DNA of 64,000 bases from Podarcis cretensis (lineage: Eukaryota): the NCBI GenBank assembly GCA_951804945.1, contig OX638155.1, positions 52,266,001-52,330,000 of the forward strand, given 5' to 3'. Each line of letters begins with the position of its first letter. Position 1 is the first letter of the stretch. The position numbers and the translations under genes are program-made. Under the pieces are notes generated by a model, which saw only the letters and a program-made list of their open reading frames with translations, made no database searches and had not been told where the DNA came from. Shown here piece after piece: positions 62,731-64,000 of this stretch.

Positions 62731-63180
62731 GTTGTTGTTTAGTCGTTTAGTCGTGTCCGACTCTTCGTGACCCCATGGACCAGAGCACGCCAGGCCCTCC
62801 TGTCTTCCACTGCCTCCCGCAGTTTGGTCAGACTCATGTTTGTAGCTTCGAAGACACTATCCAACCATCTCGTCCTCTGTCGTCCCCTTCTCCTTGTGCC
62901 CTCCATCTTTCCCAACATCAGGGTCTTTTCCAGGGAGTCTTCTCTTCTCATGAGGTGGCCAAAGTATTGGAGCCTCAGCTTCACGATCTGTCCTTCCAGT
63001 GAGCACTCAGGGCTGATTTCCTTAAGAATGGATCGGTTTGTTCTTCTTGCAGTCCATGGGACTCTCAAGAGTCTCCTCCAGCACCATAATTCAAAGGAAT
63101 CAATTCTTCGGCGATCTGCCTTCTTTATGGTCCAGCTCTCGCTTCCATACATCACTACTGGGAAAACCATAGCTTTTACT
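62731..63180 (-). mobile_element. BovB (RTE-clade) LINE, 5'-truncated, open frame
   Basis: ORF 62739-63170 MVFPVVMYGSESWTIKKADRRRIDSFELWCWRRLLRVPWTARR...; CAA tail; 15-bp TSD ATACAGTGGTACAGT (62716-62730 / 63181-63195). Confidence 0.93.
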
Positions 63181-63183
63181 ATA

Positions 63184-63419
63184 CAGTGGTACAGTACCTC
63201 GGGTTAAGTACTTAATTTGTTCCAGAGGTCCGTACTTAACCTGAAACTGTTCTTAACCTGAAGCACCACTTTAGCTAATGGGGCCTCCTGCTGCTGCCAT
63301 GCCGCCGGAGCACAATTTCTGTTTTCATCCTGAAGCAAAGTTCTTAACCTGAAGCACTACAGTATTTCTGGGTTAGCAGAGTCTGTAACCTGAAGCGTAT
63401 GTAACCTGAGGTACCACTG
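63184..63419. mobile_element. Tc1/mariner MITE carrying two CAGTA insertions
   Basis: Colinear with the 53242 copy, plus CAGTA at 63192-63196 and 63360-63364; TA flanks. Confidence 0.87.
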
Positions 63420-63639
63420 TAGTAAAGTATTTGAATCTTAAGCTGCTTCTGTGTGGTGACTGGTACTGTGAGCAACTATCACTGCGTGTGCATTTCATAT
63501 CAGTTTCCCAACATTTAATACATCAAACCAGCCACTGTAGGTTAAAGGTTTTACTCGACTACAGCTCCATCATCCCTGACTATTGGACATAGTGGCCGGG
63601 GCTGATGGGAGTTGGAGTCCTTCACCACCTGGAGGCCAC

Positions 63640-63980
63640 CCCATTGGCTACCTCCGCAAACTCCGTAATTAACCCTTTCGCAGCCTCACTTCCCGACACC
63701 AGAGCGACAAATGCCCTGGAGGGCTCTCTTCTCCTGTCAGTTGCTTCAAGTAGCCGCCTCCCTACATCCCTCCCTCTCCATCCACCCCGGTCAGTCGGTA
63801 TTTTCCCTTCCCTTATCTGCAGCCGCCTTAGCCACCACCCTCTCGACGCGCAGAAGCAGCAAACGCCAGCGCGAGGCGGGGCTAGTTTCCAGGAAGTGAC
63901 GTAGGGCGCAAGGCAGAAGTCACGTGCTCGGCGCCCGTGTGTTTCCTGGCTGGTGGGGGAGGGGTTTGGACAAGATGGCC
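63640..63980 (+). promoter_or_regulatory. CpG-rich housekeeping promoter of UBE2V2
   Basis: GC box 63873-63882; ETS-CRE composite GGAAGTGACGT 63892-63902; E-box CACGTG 63921-63926; YY1-like CAAGATGGCC overlapping the ATG. Confidence 0.75.
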
Positions 63981-63990
63981 GGATCCACAG
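63975..63990 (+). CDS. UBE2V2: Ubiquitin-conjugating enzyme E2 variant 2, first coding exon (gene continues beyond right edge)
   Basis: ATGGCCGGATCCACAG|gt is a 16-nt phase-1 exon (MAGST-G) at the end of a CpG-rich promoter. It matches the MAVSTG first exon of UBE2V2, the known downstream neighbour of MCM4 in vertebrates. Only 5 codons are visible, so the call leans on synteny. Confidence 0.8.
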
Positions 63991-64000
63991 GTCTGTGTTG

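Overview
Vertebrate genomic DNA, very probably a squamate (lacertid-like lizard, inferred from Sauria SINEs, BovB, CR1 and L2 repeats). The window holds the conserved PRKDC-MCM4-UBE2V2 block. PRKDC (DNA-PKcs) exons 1-43 lie on the minus strand (38624 down to 273; the gene continues off the left edge). It sits head-to-head across an 841-bp CpG-island promoter with a complete 16-coding-exon MCM4 on the plus strand (39466-52734, 868 aa). The promoter and 16-nt first coding exon of UBE2V2 are at the right edge. Between MCM4 and UBE2V2 is a cluster of five tRNA-Ala(AGC) genes in two variants (C40 vs U40), with a shared upstream motif and a tRNA-Lys/CR1-tail SINE inside the cluster. Most notable observations: this tRNA cluster; ~98%-identical inverted Sauria SINEs bracketing MCM4 exons 2-8 (circRNA/dsRNA geometry); a MITE with two TA-CAG-TA excision footprints and a later BovB insertion; a perfect 26-bp-arm hairpin in PRKDC intron 29; and a GC-AG intron in PRKDC. 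All coordinates were read by eye; repeat family names are from recognition, not a database search.
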